NCBI GenBank assembly: GCA_965637545.1
Contig: OZ281500.1
Location: 9,176,001 to 9,240,000 of the forward strand
Length of the DNA stretch: 64,000 nucleotides
Source: Phallusia mammillata
Taxonomy: Eukaryota
Direction: 5' to 3'
How positions within the stretch are numbered: the stretch's first letter is position 1; every line of letters begins with the position of its first letter. This document shows positions 1 through 14,300 of this stretch, piece by piece. The position numbers and the translations under genes are program-made. Below the pieces are notes generated by a model. The model saw only the letters and a program-made list of their open reading frames with translations. It searched no databases and was not told the origin of the DNA.

Positions 1-2584
1 CAGGACGGGGGCAGGTATGGGGTCGTCGCTTCAGTGTAAACTGGCGGTCGTTGGAGGTGCGAGTGACAAGCTCCCACCCCTTTCCATACATTTTCAACGG
101 AGCCTGTATATCCATGCGATGTCCTAAGCACGCGAAGCGTTTGGGCCACGGTAAGCGATTGCACCTGTAGGGGAAGTCACGTGATGTGTTTGACAAGCGC
201 CCGGAATTTCGCTTTACCGGAAGGGACGCGCGTATCGCTACGTCAGCACTTGAAAACTAGGTAAACCGAATGAATACCCATCATCACGGACCAAGGAAAA
301 AAATCTTCATCGAAACATGATGTTCTTGCAATCAAGCTTTCTCGACTCGGCTAAGGTAAAATACAAAACATTGCTAAGAAAAAACAAACAAATTGACCAT
401 TCAAACAAACAAAACTTTAAATTTGCTAGAGAGAATTACTACGACAAAGTGGTTGCAGAATGTTAGACGACATGTGGTAAAAAATCACTGAACTCACAAA
501 GCTAAACAACAAAAATTTTAAAGTTTGTTTAGGCCACAGCAAGCGTTAAACTAGGTCGCACTAAAGTGACGGAACCAAAAAATGATTGATTTTCAGAGTG
601 ATGGACGTAGTTTTATAACGACTTTTGTCAATAGCAATTGATTTCCATCCCCGATACCCGGGTGATAGTTCGCACGCACAATTGGATAGTTTTCTCGCTG
701 ACAAGACATGCATAGGCTATGGGCCGTGAGTAGGGCTGTCGTCGCCCAGATCAGCGGACCATCGCTTAGAATCAGCACGACACGAAAGAAATATGGGTCC
801 TGAGCGACGCCGGGAAAACGCGACACTACCCCGTTGAAATACGATCGGTAGCGAGACGCAAAACATCCACAATAGGCGTTGACTCAGAGCCCGGGACTGC
901 GGATCGGCTACACGCGGCCGTACTTCATTGTGTGTTTACCCTGTGCGTGCTTATGGCCGATTGCCAACGTGCCTCACATGTCGCGCCAAGCGATCGCCTT
1001 GACTGACCGGTAAAAACAAGAGCTCAGGAGATATTTTAGACAGATTCGTATCACGTGTTTTATCGCAGGCACCATGACCACTTTATTCAAGACACCTGTG
1101 CTTCTAGGTGGTTCGGATTTTTTTGGACTTGCAACAGTTGGTAAAACAAATCGGTTTTGTCATTGCCATGTTGCTGGTTTGCATATTGGCTGATGACCCA
1201 AAGCATTTTGTTGTTGATAACGTTTTCCTAGAACATTAAACTGAAGGCGTGTCATGCATCTGCAGGCAACTATTGGCTAATAAGTTTCGTTAAGAAAACA
1301 AAAGCGGTTTACATAGTCTGATAGTGATCTTTGCATCAATACCCGAATCTTCTGGGATTAGTTCCACATTTCACAAAACATGAAAACGAACTCATTGCCA
1401 ACCAACTTGATAGTACAATTAACACAACGAAACGTAAAGACGTATTTGCACAACAAAGATATAGGGCTGAACGAGTCGAAACGCTCCAGGACGCAAATTC
1501 ACCATGACGATGTGACGTTGCGACCTGCTTTTAGTAAGATATGGACAGCGCGTCGCCTGTCGGATTAAGTCAAGTCCTTCATATCTGCACTATCCCAGGA
1601 CAGAGATAGAACTATAAGGGGGAGTGTAGATGATGGGTTTAAAGCATATGATTACTTTTTAGGTTTGGAGATACCTGAAAGAAAGTAGTAGCCTATTTGT
1701 ATCTCCTTGTAACTTTTGCAGGATGAAATACCATGTATTACAACTCGTTTTCTCGCAACCATGACAACATAAAAGATCTTAACTTTTCATTGGTTTATCC
1801 CCAAAACACGCCAAGTGATTTTTTTATCTGATAAACGTTATGTCACAAGACGGAATTGACCAAATCTCGTTTTCGGGGTGGTCAAGTATGACTTAACGAT
1901 TTGACAACGTGACCGTTTCGTGCAATGCACCTGGAAGATCTCAAATTTGAGTGAAGGCTGGACACTGGAACCTGTTAATAACTGAAATGTCTTGACTGGC
2001 CCCTGATATCGGTTCATTAAAGGCTTAGTCCTTGACACATACAAATCCCTAAAATGTTGGGCAGCGATAAACCCCTGGCGGCCTACATGACCGGGAACAT
2101 TCTATGCTTCAATTTGTTAAGGGCCCGGCGCTGTCAAAGTATTTTGGTCGCTCCTTTTACTTGCAGCTTCCATTTGCACAGCAGGTCTTATCTGAGAGTA
2201 ATGCGTCTTTCCGGCGGATCGATCTTAATGAGCGGCAAAAAAGCGATTGTCATTGGAAGTGCAAACTCCGAGAGGATGCGACTTTATTTTTGTTTTCAAC
2301 TTTGATCCTAGGCGCGAACACCCTGAAGGCACTCTTTTGTTCCTCCGCGGAAGGTTATGCGGGGGGTCTGCGTTCGATCAAGTTAAACTAGAGGTCAGTG
2401 TGCAACTGGACATTAAACATGTTGAATTGTACACAAAGGGCAAGCTGGCCTGAAGGGGTTGCATTATTCTATTGGTCAAGGTTGCCTACAATTTGAAGGC
2501 CGCCTAAGCGCGGCACTACTCTCCTAATATGGACTAAATATGTCGCTGTGTGTAGTCTGGAAGTTGCAAGCACATCGGAACCCA

Positions 2585-2597
2585 CCACTAGATGGCG
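2585..2597 (+). promoter_or_regulatory. CTCF-like core motif
   Basis: CCACTAGATGGCG matches the CCASYAGRKGGCR consensus at all positions. Confidence 0.3.
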
Positions 2598-5500
2598 TAA
2601 AACACCTGGTATCACGTGATAACCGCGAAGCGCCTTCAGAAACGCGATCGACGGGTGTATAAGGCAGCGGCCCTGAGTCAGGGCCTGAAACTGGCCGCAG
2701 ACTTTGCAAATCGTGTAACCCAATCGCTAATTTAAGGCACACCAAATAGCATGTACACAAGAATGCAAACCCAAATTCCTCTGTGTTAAAAATAGCCGTT
2801 TGAGTCTTATGTATCTAACCTGCAATGTTTCCAATGTATACAGTTAATATATTTTGGCAAACATTGGCGATTCCAAATAGCACTTTGGAAAATGTGAGCA
2901 AGATAAAATGCTGCTGGCTTAACTTCTAAATATTATTGTGACCTTTTGCCTTAACTAAAGTGTCTGTGCTATTTTTATTGAAGCGAAAACAGCCAGGTTT
3001 ACGTTTAAACTACTGGAAAATAGTTTTGTACATAACTTGTTGTTTATTTGTATGTGTGATATGCAAAAGTTGTTCTATTTTAGGCAGATGCGAGTCACCC
3101 TATGTTGGATTTAAACCAAAATTCCCACGATATAAAGTAAAGAGGCACAAATTCACATCCAGCAATATGTGTGGTGAAATCAATCCGGCGCACTCCAATC
3201 ACAAACAAAGCTCCCAGACTAAGCTTACTGATTGAAGGCGCGGGCGCCCCCCGAAAGAACAAATACTTTGCTGGGGTTCGCTACCGAGGAGGCCTGATCA
3301 GCTAATCTGTGGCATTTTACCAAAGCACACCGGCGCTGATCAGCAATCTAAGTCGATGGGAACGAAGCCGAATACTTTCAAATGCCATATTTTCCCTGCC
3401 CGCCCACTTGACACTACTGAAAAGGCGGAGTCACTCGGCGAAACTAGAGCTAGGGAAAGCGGCAACTAAAGCAAGTGGCGCAACGCCCTTGCCACCGGAG
3501 GGGGTCCTATTAGCTTGCCCTGGTTCATTGGCAAACAGTCGACAGGTTTCCAACCCAGCTAGACGATTGTTGTAACGGGATAGCAAAATGACATTGCAAA
3601 GCGTCCACATGAGGGGTGTAATTTTGGCACGAACGTAGTGTTATCTCGAGAAAATTCGGGCAAGAGAAATGCACTCGACAAAACTTCTATGCAGTCTACA
3701 TCTCACGAAACTTTACTACATGCGCAACATAAATTTATTATACGTCGGTTTGAAAGATTGCCCTGGGTGGGGGCAGGGTGTTTGTGGGTATTAGAGACGC
3801 CAAATAACGGGTAATTGATGTAAAAGGCGCCTAAAGTTACCGCAATGGTGAAAGAAGTCCAAGTTCCGCGAATCGGCAAAGACGTCAGAAGGTCTACAAT
3901 CCTGCAATCACCTGTCACCTTCCCCGTCTCACAAACATCGACAAGCAGCAAATGTTCACTTTTGGGAATACTATTTGCGTTCAAAATTTGTTTGATGTGT
4001 TTGCGTACAAAAATAGACATTTAACTGGTGTATAGTCGATAAATGTGTTCGGAATGGAATTGTAATATTTTGAATTGCGCAGTCCGCAGTACAAAATTAA
4101 ATAGCTTCCTGCTTCAGGAACCTGAACGTTGGTCCATATTGAAACTTTTCAACTAAACGAAGCTTCCAAAACGTATCTTCATATGTGCTGAATAAAACTT
4201 TAGAAAAGTGACCGTAGTTAAGTTTGGGGTTTAAATGGTAAACAATGCGGCTTGTAATGCAGTAAACCGAAAACCTCGCGATGAATGACGGCGTCGCGTC
4301 TGGGACAAAATCGGCGTAAACGCTCATATTCAGTTCACCCTGACTAATCAAACGCGGTAGCGATTAGACTAGGGGCTTAAGGACCACTCGGCCACACTGT
4401 AGAGTCGACCGTGAGTGGCTGGTAAACACCCGAGGTAAAGGGAGAACTGACCGAAAAAAATCAGTCTATCCGTCGATACTCTTTGCCCGGACATTGGACG
4501 CGCCCCGATGTGCAGGTGAGACGGGTTCCGGTCATTCTCTGTCCGCACGACCATATTGCGACTGGACGGTTGGACGCCGCGTTACGACCGGACTGTGAAA
4601 TTTATTGCGTCCGCAAACAGCACGTGTGTAACGGCGCGTTAATTTCGCGCACGAAATCATTGAGCAAATATCAGGAAGTTAGAATCAAAATAGTATGTCA
4701 AATATTACCAAGGAAAACATCAGTGACGGAACGCGAAATTTGACTCGAAGTGACTGCACCATATTTATGCGCGATTGAAAACCGGAGATAAAATTGAGAA
4801 ACACATCTAGACAGAAACATGTTTGTTATTTGGTTAAAACTGGGGACAAAAGAATAATGTTTGGAAAAAATCGGACAAATTTAATTTTAGGACACAACCT
4901 CTTCCGTTTGTTTACAATAGTTTGGGTGGTACAGATCTGTATTAACTGCGCATTGATTAGAAAAAGATATATCGCGCAATCTGTAGCGGTAACAGATCAG
5001 GACACGATCGACGATTCGGTGTTTAGATTCGGCCTGGTCGCTTGTTTACTGTAAATTGTCCGCTGAGTCAAGTCGGTGAGTGGCCAACAAGAATTTACGG
5101 TGATCTATTGCATCTTCCGACGGGCTCTTCTCTTTGCTCGAGTGCGGATCGGTTTCCGCTGCCCCAACCAACTTTACGTCGCCACAAACGCGTTCCACGA
5201 TGGCCCTATAACATTTTCGCGACGGCGTTGCGATTTCGGTTAACCGATCGCACGTTTTGAACCCGGATCGCCTGGAGCGGCCTTCGGTGGCTCTGCGAAG
5301 GGCCCGAATCGCTTCTTGACACAGTGCCTTGTGTTGGCAAAGCATGAGAGATAAGCTTTGCCTTGTCACGGGTCATTTAAATCGCTAACCACTTGGAAGC
5401 TGGGAACGTGAAGCACGAAAGTTTCGCGCACAAACAAATACCAATGGTCAGGGAAAGCATTTGACACTGTTATTTCAATTCGGTTTACAATATTAACCCC

Positions 5501-7480
5501 CTTTATGACACATGGCCTCGTATATCACAGATATGAAGATTTCTAATAATAACAACAGTCTTGCTCAAGGTTACATGAAGCGTACTCGTTTTGCGAAAGT
5601 TAAATCCTGACAGGCACCAGAGTTATAGAGTCGGCGGGCACCAAAGTGGCTCAAGGCACTCGAGCAGAAAAAGATCCAGGTCATAAACTCATGCTACAGC
5701 ACAACGAGGTTATTGTTCCGTTCTCACAAAACAGCCAGCTTCCAGCAAGATACGACCGCGGTTAAAGATCGATAGCTGTGTTGCTGGGAGGCGGAAGCGT
5801 GCATCGGTCGACTTCGGTGTAGACTTTGGCAAATGGCAGACGGGCAAAATGATGGAAGGCTGTCGGCAGAGTTGCGATATTGTCAGGAACTTGACCGACC
5901 GGCGCCTGTGCTCGTCTTCATGTCACGTCAACTGCCAAACGCAATGTTTGCGCAAAATCTGATAAATGCCTTCTTCGACCGACCCCTTGCAATAAACCTG
6001 ACGCCGGGTGTAGATGGGCAAAACACATCGTGGGAAAGTATGGGCGAGTATCACTAGTGGGCGAGAGAACGCCATGGATCTGTGGGAAGCCGCCACACAG
6101 CCACACAAAAGGTTGAAACGCACATCAACTTTTGAAGTGCGCAATCTGATAACTCTAGAATCATGGACTCGAATGTGACACACAAGAACATTGAGTATTG
6201 CGAGCAGTGCGGTACCATTGTTTACGAGCAAAAAAACGCTACATCAACGTCAGTGGCGTCAACTGTTAACGTTAAGCTTGTCAATGCGGCGAGAAGAATT
6301 CTACAACTGTCGATGGCGACATTTCGACGGACAAAACGATTTACACCGAAGTGGATTACTCCATCAGCACTCGTGAGTGGTCGAATGCGGGTCAAGTAGC
6401 CACGCGAGAAAGTGGGAAGCTTCTATAAAAACGTCTTAATCCGCCACGGTTCGATTTGGGTTGGTCTACTCAACCCCATGTTGTTAGTGTACCCCGCCTG
6501 CAACGGTTCACTTGCATTAGCAGCAGCAACGCAATAGGAATCCGGTTAAGAAAACTCGGCCGCCCTTTCGTGCGACGCGTCACCGCAGGAAGAAACCCGA
6601 GTATTGAGATTCGTATTAACTCTTCACGGAAAGCGACTTTGTAGTTTCGCCTAGACGGTTAAACGATTGTTGGTTGTTACAGATTCGTTACAAATTCCAA
6701 CCACCCAGTCCCAACGTTTGCAAATTTTTGCATTTATACTAGTGTTTTGATTTTTAGGTGACACAAATTGAACGACGGGGACAACGATAAAACTGTTTAA
6801 TTTATGGCTATGTAATTTTTACAGAGTTATTTGTCACACACAACGCTGATCTTGGAACACGTGACAAAAGTCGTTGGCTTTATGGTCGAGTGAACTTTGA
6901 ATTGGCTCGTGATTAATTAGATGAAAAGGCAGAATTGCAAAAAATCCGATTACTTTATTTTTTATTTATCCGTTTCCCCTGAATAAGCTCCCTTTGTTTT
7001 GTAGGAACAAAATCTCTCACAGCATTGTTAAACTGTCGCAAAACAACACATGATCGGTGTCAGGCCGCAATGTAACTGAAACGCGACAGCTTGATTGTTA
7101 ACACTGATTAAAATTCCGCAAATGAAGGAGTTAAAATGAGTTCTTGCCACATATCGGACAATCTAATACGAGTGAGGGTCGAACAATCAACGTGGAGGAT
7201 TACTTTTTCATAAGGTGCTTGGTGACATACGTTGCCGTGGCGTTATCTGTGTAACTGGCCTTTCCAGGCTCTTGTTTAAACAAACATATGGCGTCAGTTT
7301 ATCTTTAAAGGACATACCAAGATGCTCTAAGCCGGCGCAACGACCAAACGTTTGTTTATGTTAGGACAGCTGCTGTTTGGCTGGGGGTGTGATGGCCGAA
7401 CACCTCTTTATAGTTCATTTGGTAACACAAACGATAAGGGCAGAAACGTTGCCCTTACGAGTCCAGTATTAAGTAAACCC

Positions 7481-7533
7481 TAGCATTACATTAGCGCTCA
7501 CGGATGTTTAGCATTACATTGCGCTCACGGATC
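7481..7533. repeat. Short tandem duplication (~28-bp period)
   Basis: TAGCATTACATT(A)GCGCTCACGGAT occurs twice. Confidence 0.8.
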
Positions 7534-10500
7534 AATACAAATTCACAAAAATGTCAAAAAACGTTATTTTGATTCCACTCTTCCTGCGGTCATATCATCC
7601 CTTCACGGTTGTCTTCGCGCATCAAAATATTATTTCGCACCTATATTTACTGTTTTGCGACGCAATAATCGAGACAAATTGAAGGCGTCCCCTCCCAAAC
7701 AAACACATTGATCGTAGAGGCGTACCAGCTCCTCGTAATCTGATTATCCTCGGTCGACGGGATAGCCGCCGTAAGCACGCCGACAATTGAATTTGTTAAA
7801 AACACGTTAAAGAGACCGTTTAGCGAGTCCGGCAGCCGGGCGGAACGCGTTACGAGACGTGGTGGCGTGCAAATGTGATTCACAAAGGGGCGGAGCACCT
7901 TCCCAAATCTGCAAGTGGTTTCCCTTAGTAACGTGAGGGAAAACTTGGCATCCAAGTTGTTGTGATCCCCATGTTGCAATATTTACCCCAGTTGATAAAC
8001 GTCTGGTCTAAAGGATCTTATATTTGCAATTTTAACGGCTACGGGATAACAGATTGTTACAAACAGGATCCGAAAAGCCGTAAACAGATCAACGTGCACT
8101 TATCCTCAGAAAGTCTGTAATCATTTGGACCATCAGGCCGAAAAACTATTACCTTGCCACTCAAAGTTCTCCCAAACAATCGGACTCGCAATTCGACGAA
8201 GCTCAAACGGTGCAGCGGTTCGTGCTTGGTGACGCTTTTGCTTGGAACTCGTGTAATTAGATTTCGGTCGTCACGTGTCAGTGCGGGTGCCGTTCGAACT
8301 GCTTTGACGCACCAGTGACAAGTCGTTATGGGAAAATGGTTTGGAGTTTTACGATGAGGGTGGCGGTTTTGATCGAGAGAAAAAACGCGCTCCGTTGACA
8401 AATAACATAAAATTTGGGGATAAAGTTTAGATACGCCAGAGGGCGGTATTCAATTAATAACCAACATGTTTTCTAGCTCTATTGCACCAAAAGACTACAA
8501 GTTGTTGATTAAACGATGTAAAACCAACTGTTTATCACTTTCGAGAAATTAACCACACTTTGAGGGAAAATGTAAACTATTTCAGTAAGTCTACTTCCAT
8601 TTTAACATAATTATCGTAAGAAAGCGCAGGAAATCCTCACAGTCTCTATCACCCCAACAATAGGAATCCCTGATCTATGTGTACTTATATGGAGCAACAA
8701 ATTGTGCGTTGGGCTTCCACATTGCAACAACAGATCAAGTATGAAGCCTTTAGCGTGCGGAGAAGTTGCCAATGCAGGATCATATAATCTGTACCCTCAG
8801 CACCTTGGACATCTCCCTGGTTCGAATTATTACGCTTGGTCGGGCAGGCGTGAGCCGCAAACACGGTCTGAGGTGAAGAACTAACGCCGATGGATCTCGC
8901 CCATTCCAGGATTATGATAGAGCGCTTGTAATAGGCGAAACCACGAAAAGATTGAAACCGTTGAGCTTAGCGTAAAGCGACTCGATCGTACTACCGCGTT
9001 TATAAATAGCTGCTTACGTCACCTATTATCGTCGCGTATAAATCTGGTCTGGAGGAATTGCTCGGTTCGTTTAAGGGACGTAATGCTGAAAAACCACTTT
9101 CCGATATTTGGATGATAAAAATTCAGCCAAGTTTGCTGGTAGCGTCGCGTGAACTAACATCGTGAAATAAATTGGTCAAAGATTTGCGACCCAATTTTTG
9201 TGACTCAATGATTTTTGTTTTTGTTTTGGTGATTTTAAACTTAACGTAACATAAGATACACGGAGTTGCATCAAATCCATCTAGTTTGCTACCTATTTTG
9301 AAAGTTAGATCTTACAGCCATTGGCCATATCGAGAACAACACATTACCAAAGCGGGATTGTAACAATTCAACCTGAAAGCTTATAATGTTTACTGGCACT
9401 TGGTTAACGACCGTAAATGTAAAGCGCAGTGCAAACATCAAGGTTAAACCTTTGAGTTTAAAAGGTTAATACACACAATAGCTACGAAGGCATTAGCTAA
9501 TCACCTTTTAATGTCAGCATGTCGAAAACTAAAGTGATTTATGTGAGAAAAAATGTAAAATTCGGCTACCGAAGTGATGTTGCTAAATTTGAAGCGCAAA
9601 CATTCTGCCATATAGCTTCCCGAAAGGCTTTCTACCAACGACGCGGTTACGAGAAATAGGCGTCGTCATAAGGTTATCAGACTGGCCCATGTTCAATGTT
9701 GATCTAAAGTGAACGTCGGATGTGTGGGAGGGGGTAAACACGTGTATTGGGGAGCGTAAGAGTGTGCACGACCTAATGGATGTTCGATTTTCGACAACAC
9801 AAGTACTTGGCCATGGTCAATGCTGCTGTTATCGAAACAAGGTTCTCTTCAAGCTATAAAACACGATTTCTACATAAACCGATTCCGTTCAAACATCAAT
9901 TGGTTTACGCTAATGGGAACAAGTCCGGCTACAATATTGAGAAGTGCAAACAAATCTTTACTGCGCCATTAAGTCGAGACGAGTTCAATGCTGGGTTTAT
10001 AAAACGGGCAGATACGTATATGAAGGTTCGTAATAAAACGTACGTCAAAGCTTATTGACGTTTGCTGGTTCAAGATCAAAGCAGGATCGTTTTTTGTTAA
10101 AAGTCATCCGTGCCCTTTTGTGCATTTCTGTAAGTTTGACCTTACAGGCAAGGTCAGTGGTAGTTTACGACACCTGTACAAAGAATCCCACAAATACCGG
10201 GATATAGCAGCGAAACGCAACTCCATAGTTTCTGAACACGTAATACGCCAGCCAGGCAAACAAGTGCTATCTTGTTTAACGAGACCCAATACACATCCGG
10301 ATTGGGCTCCGGCTCAAACCACTTTTGCCGGTAAAACGGTAGCTGCGCCCAAGATAACACCGCTGTTTGAAAAGACGAAAGTGGAGGAGGGGTAAAGGGC
10401 GAAAGAGAAGGTGCCATTCGCAGTGCCAGTGCCGTGAATGATGTTGCTTTTAATATTGCCAAGATCCAAGGCCCACTATTACTTTCATTCGGGATTGTTA

Positions 10501-11344
10501 TCGGGGAAGACTTCGTTGAAAATCACCGCAAAGTCTAATTAGACTCTTACTTCAAAGGGCCATATTTAACGCTTGATCATCTGTCTATTTCGGAGCATGT
10601 TGATTGGGTTCAATCGGTCGTTAACTGTACATCTCACCCCCTTAATGTGAGCGCAAAACAATGGACCCATTAAAATACATGTTTTGTGAAATGCTAAGGC
10701 GGTAGTTAATTATCAGGCTCTAGATTTGAAACAGTATCGATTTAGGTGGTTTTCTATAACAAAACTATTTGATAGCTATCAGTTGCGCTCTGAATAAACG
10801 AGACTGAATTCAAAACTTTGTCAACAATTATTCACATCCCCAAAACGGCTGCGTCAATCAACATTGCCCTATAGCTTATCAAGTTTGGAGGGATGCCAAA
10901 TATCTTTAGGAAACAAAGGATCAATGGAGGATTCGGGGTGTGTACATTTGGCGCCCAAAACGATAACTCTTCGGCCCATTCAATACGATACAGATAATAA
11001 AGTGGACACTATCTGGGTGAAGTAACAGGGTGCTGAATGCCGGGGTGTGATGAGGTGCAGCCATTTGATGTCGTCAGCAGCGAAGCGTGCGCACTCAGCA
11101 GTGATAACGTTAAGTGTTGGTTGAGTGTAGTTTGTCGTATCAATTGTGTTTATCGACGATACACGAGCGTTTACCCGCCGCTGACCGCAAGTCATTTGCG
11201 TTTTCGTCGAATTTGCAAATTTCGCGCCCCTTTACCTTAACTGGTCGGAAAAACAACTCTGGCTAATTTTGGACAAGAATACTGTACATCGTTGTGCACC
11301 GACGGTACAAAGTTCGCGGAGGTAATCTATAAACGTTATCTAAC

Positions 11345-14300
11345 CTTCATCTTTGACGGTGAAGGTGAAGCTATCGCTCGACGCGTTGCTTGTTGGATTA
11401 AGGATGTAGTAGATCTTCATGTTGTCGATATCACCTGAAATCAATAGAAATACGTTACAAGGATAGTAAGGTGCAACAGTGTAGCCAACCAAACTTGCAA
11501 TCATTTCTCATTTTGATTTAGATCACGTCGTTTGCAACCCGTACAGCGTAAAACGATACTTGGGGCGGCATGCGCCAACGTACACATTTGCTTTGCAAAT
11601 ATGCGCTGCACTTCAGTGTACACAGAGACTGACATGTTGGATCCATAGGTTGCGCATAAATCACTGCACCACGATGGGAAAACGCAAGCGCGGGTCGTCT
11701 AGCTAGAGACGCGCAAGGATTACCAACACAAACCGATCGAAAACGGTTGTGTAAAGGCTCACTGTCATTTGCTGCCCGTTGCACGGTCTGCGGCAACAGT
11801 AAATTGGACAAAGAGGCACCGACAACAAGCTAGTCGTTTGTCAACAGATATAAATGAACGCAAACCGTCATGCAAGTCTTTGTTGTGGGGACGTTTGCCA
11901 AGATGGATGGCGAGTAATTTTGCTTATTTTCAGCGCTTATCTTCATGTACACATTCTAGGCAAAATGAGCCGCCTGTACAACACCTTACCACAGGTCTAC
12001 AAACACTGAACGGAAAGTCGAAATTATATTAACTGAAGTAATTTAATGCAACGCTTCCAAAATCATAGGTCAACAGGAGAATAAACATTTCATGGAGGCA
12101 ATATCTCATCCATCTCAATTTCTTTTCGTAATATAGGGTGCATTTAATCGCATTGGCTCTTGTTGGGGGCTTTGTGCACACGTGTGGCAACTCTGCCGGT
12201 AGCTTAATTAGGATACAGCACGTGCCGAAATTAGGAAAACGACCTTAGGACTCGCACGCAAAAAGATAGGCGTCGACGATGATCACGTGAAACCTCGCGT
12301 AGGCACGCTATGCTTGTTTGATCACGGCGGCTCAAGTCAATAGGCGCACAAGCACTGTCATTCCAGTTGGACGTAGATAAATGCAGTAAAGGCGCGATGC
12401 GACCTTCCTGTACATAAAAGAGCGGCCATCTCAGTGAGACGTTAATGGACCAGGCCCTTCTGAGGAAATATTTACGTAAAGCCGCTCGAATTAGTCACTG
12501 GAAGGCTTCTGTTGATATTAGTTCTTTGACACGCTGTGTTGTTTCAATAACGTTTGCAAGTACATAATTGTCGGGTACGATTACTACGTTGTACTGCTTT
12601 GTTGATATCGTAATCTTCAGTACGTGGAAGCACTTATGAATAACATGACTGACATCGCGTCAGTTTTATCATGCGAAAATCTGTCAAATTAGAAAATGTT
12701 TTGTCACTTTATGAACTTAGGTATCATGGTGCACCAGTGCTATGTACAAAGTGCCAGTTCGAAAAAAATATTGTTCTTTTTTAACTGAAAGAGTGAATCA
12801 AGAGCGCGCAATAACTTTAAGGAAGGTACGTCTGCCCGGGGCATGGATTTATTGGCGGCAACTTTGTATTTCGCCAAAGATTTTTCCCACACTCCAGTAA
12901 ACTGCGGTGGAAGTTCGAACGGGCAAAACGTTTTATAACGCGACGTGCAATCCACAACAAAGTATAATCTCGAACAGTTTTGACAGCACGCTGTCCTCGC
13001 CTTCCGCTTTAAGATTCTATGAAAACATTTCCCTCGCATCTTGGAACTATGGATATGCACATAAACATGTTCCAAATCAAATTTATTTTATGTTTAATAT
13101 CTTGCCTTGGCATTTAGTTTAATTCGTAGCTACAGTAGGACAGTATAAAAGTATATGGTCCGATGTACGATATTAGGATTGAAATGTTGAATTAACGCAA
13201 AAACAAATTGAGCAAAGATAAATTAAAATTCCTTTGATTAACCGTTATCGGTTTCGTCATCTAAGTTCTGGCTTGTTTCCAGGGCACAAGCTCATATTCT
13301 ACCAGTACGGCAATCAATTACGGGTGAGAACGTCAGTTTCTTGGCACATCAACAGCCAGGTTTTTCGCGCTGATAAAAGTCGAAAAGAAACCCCTAGTTT
13401 TATGCAAAAATCTAAAACGCCTCAAATACAATTTCGTTCGGACCGTTGTTTTTTGGTAACTTAAGTTAGTTGTTAAAGGGCACCAAGCTGTGCCAGTCAA
13501 CATCTTTCTAAGTTCATTTAGAAAGTCCCTGCGTAGGCAATTATTTCGTTTCCTTGCTTTGATGCGCAACTTGCCGCCCCTGGGAGCACATTTCATCAAA
13601 AGGTCATTGGCATTTGCACCGTGCTCCCTGAACTTGTATGTCCTATTTCGAATGCCACAATGAACCAACAAAACCACTGAAAATGATTCCTGGGTAGTTT
13701 CGAGTCTATTGTGCTATAAAGGTGTGGTAATAACCTTGCCATGTGTAAATTACCTTCTACTGCCAAAAGTTATGCATCGAATCTGCGTAGACATAACTAT
13801 AATCGTATGATCTGCCCTGTAATACCCAGCGGAGGGATCGCCTTGTTGTGGGTCGTCCTAACCCGGAGTAAAACGCTTTAATGATATCAGACAGCGACCG
13901 GGAGTAGTTGGTATATTTCGGAATCTATTCCCCATAGACTACATCCAGACACTGTCGGTTTGCCCTATAGAAAGAAACTTCCCCACCATAGCCATGCGCT
14001 AAAACTTGAACAACCTTGTTTTACCTTGAATAACCTTGTCCTATTTTACATCCCTAAAAATAGTTGTACACAATACATCAAATAAGTGGATTCAATGGTT
14101 AGAACCATTTCTATACATATACCATTGTCGATTGCAAAACTCACCCTGACTGAATGTTTCCAAGGATGTGTTGGAATTGTCGATGTTAACCAAGCTGCCG
14201 TGTTCTGCAGGAATCGTGATGACATAAAGCAAATTGGTCACATTCGAATCTCGATCATCGGCACGCAGGTATTTCTTGGTAAACCGGAATCCGCGATCGC

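Noticed and set aside
10120-10395. APKITPLFEKTK, resembling a LINE reverse-transcriptase motif
   Set aside because: A single short word with no other RT motifs in frame or nearby.
11045-11186. C/D snoRNA-like GTGATGA...CTGA
   Set aside because: No convincing terminal stem or guide complementarity; these motifs are common by chance.
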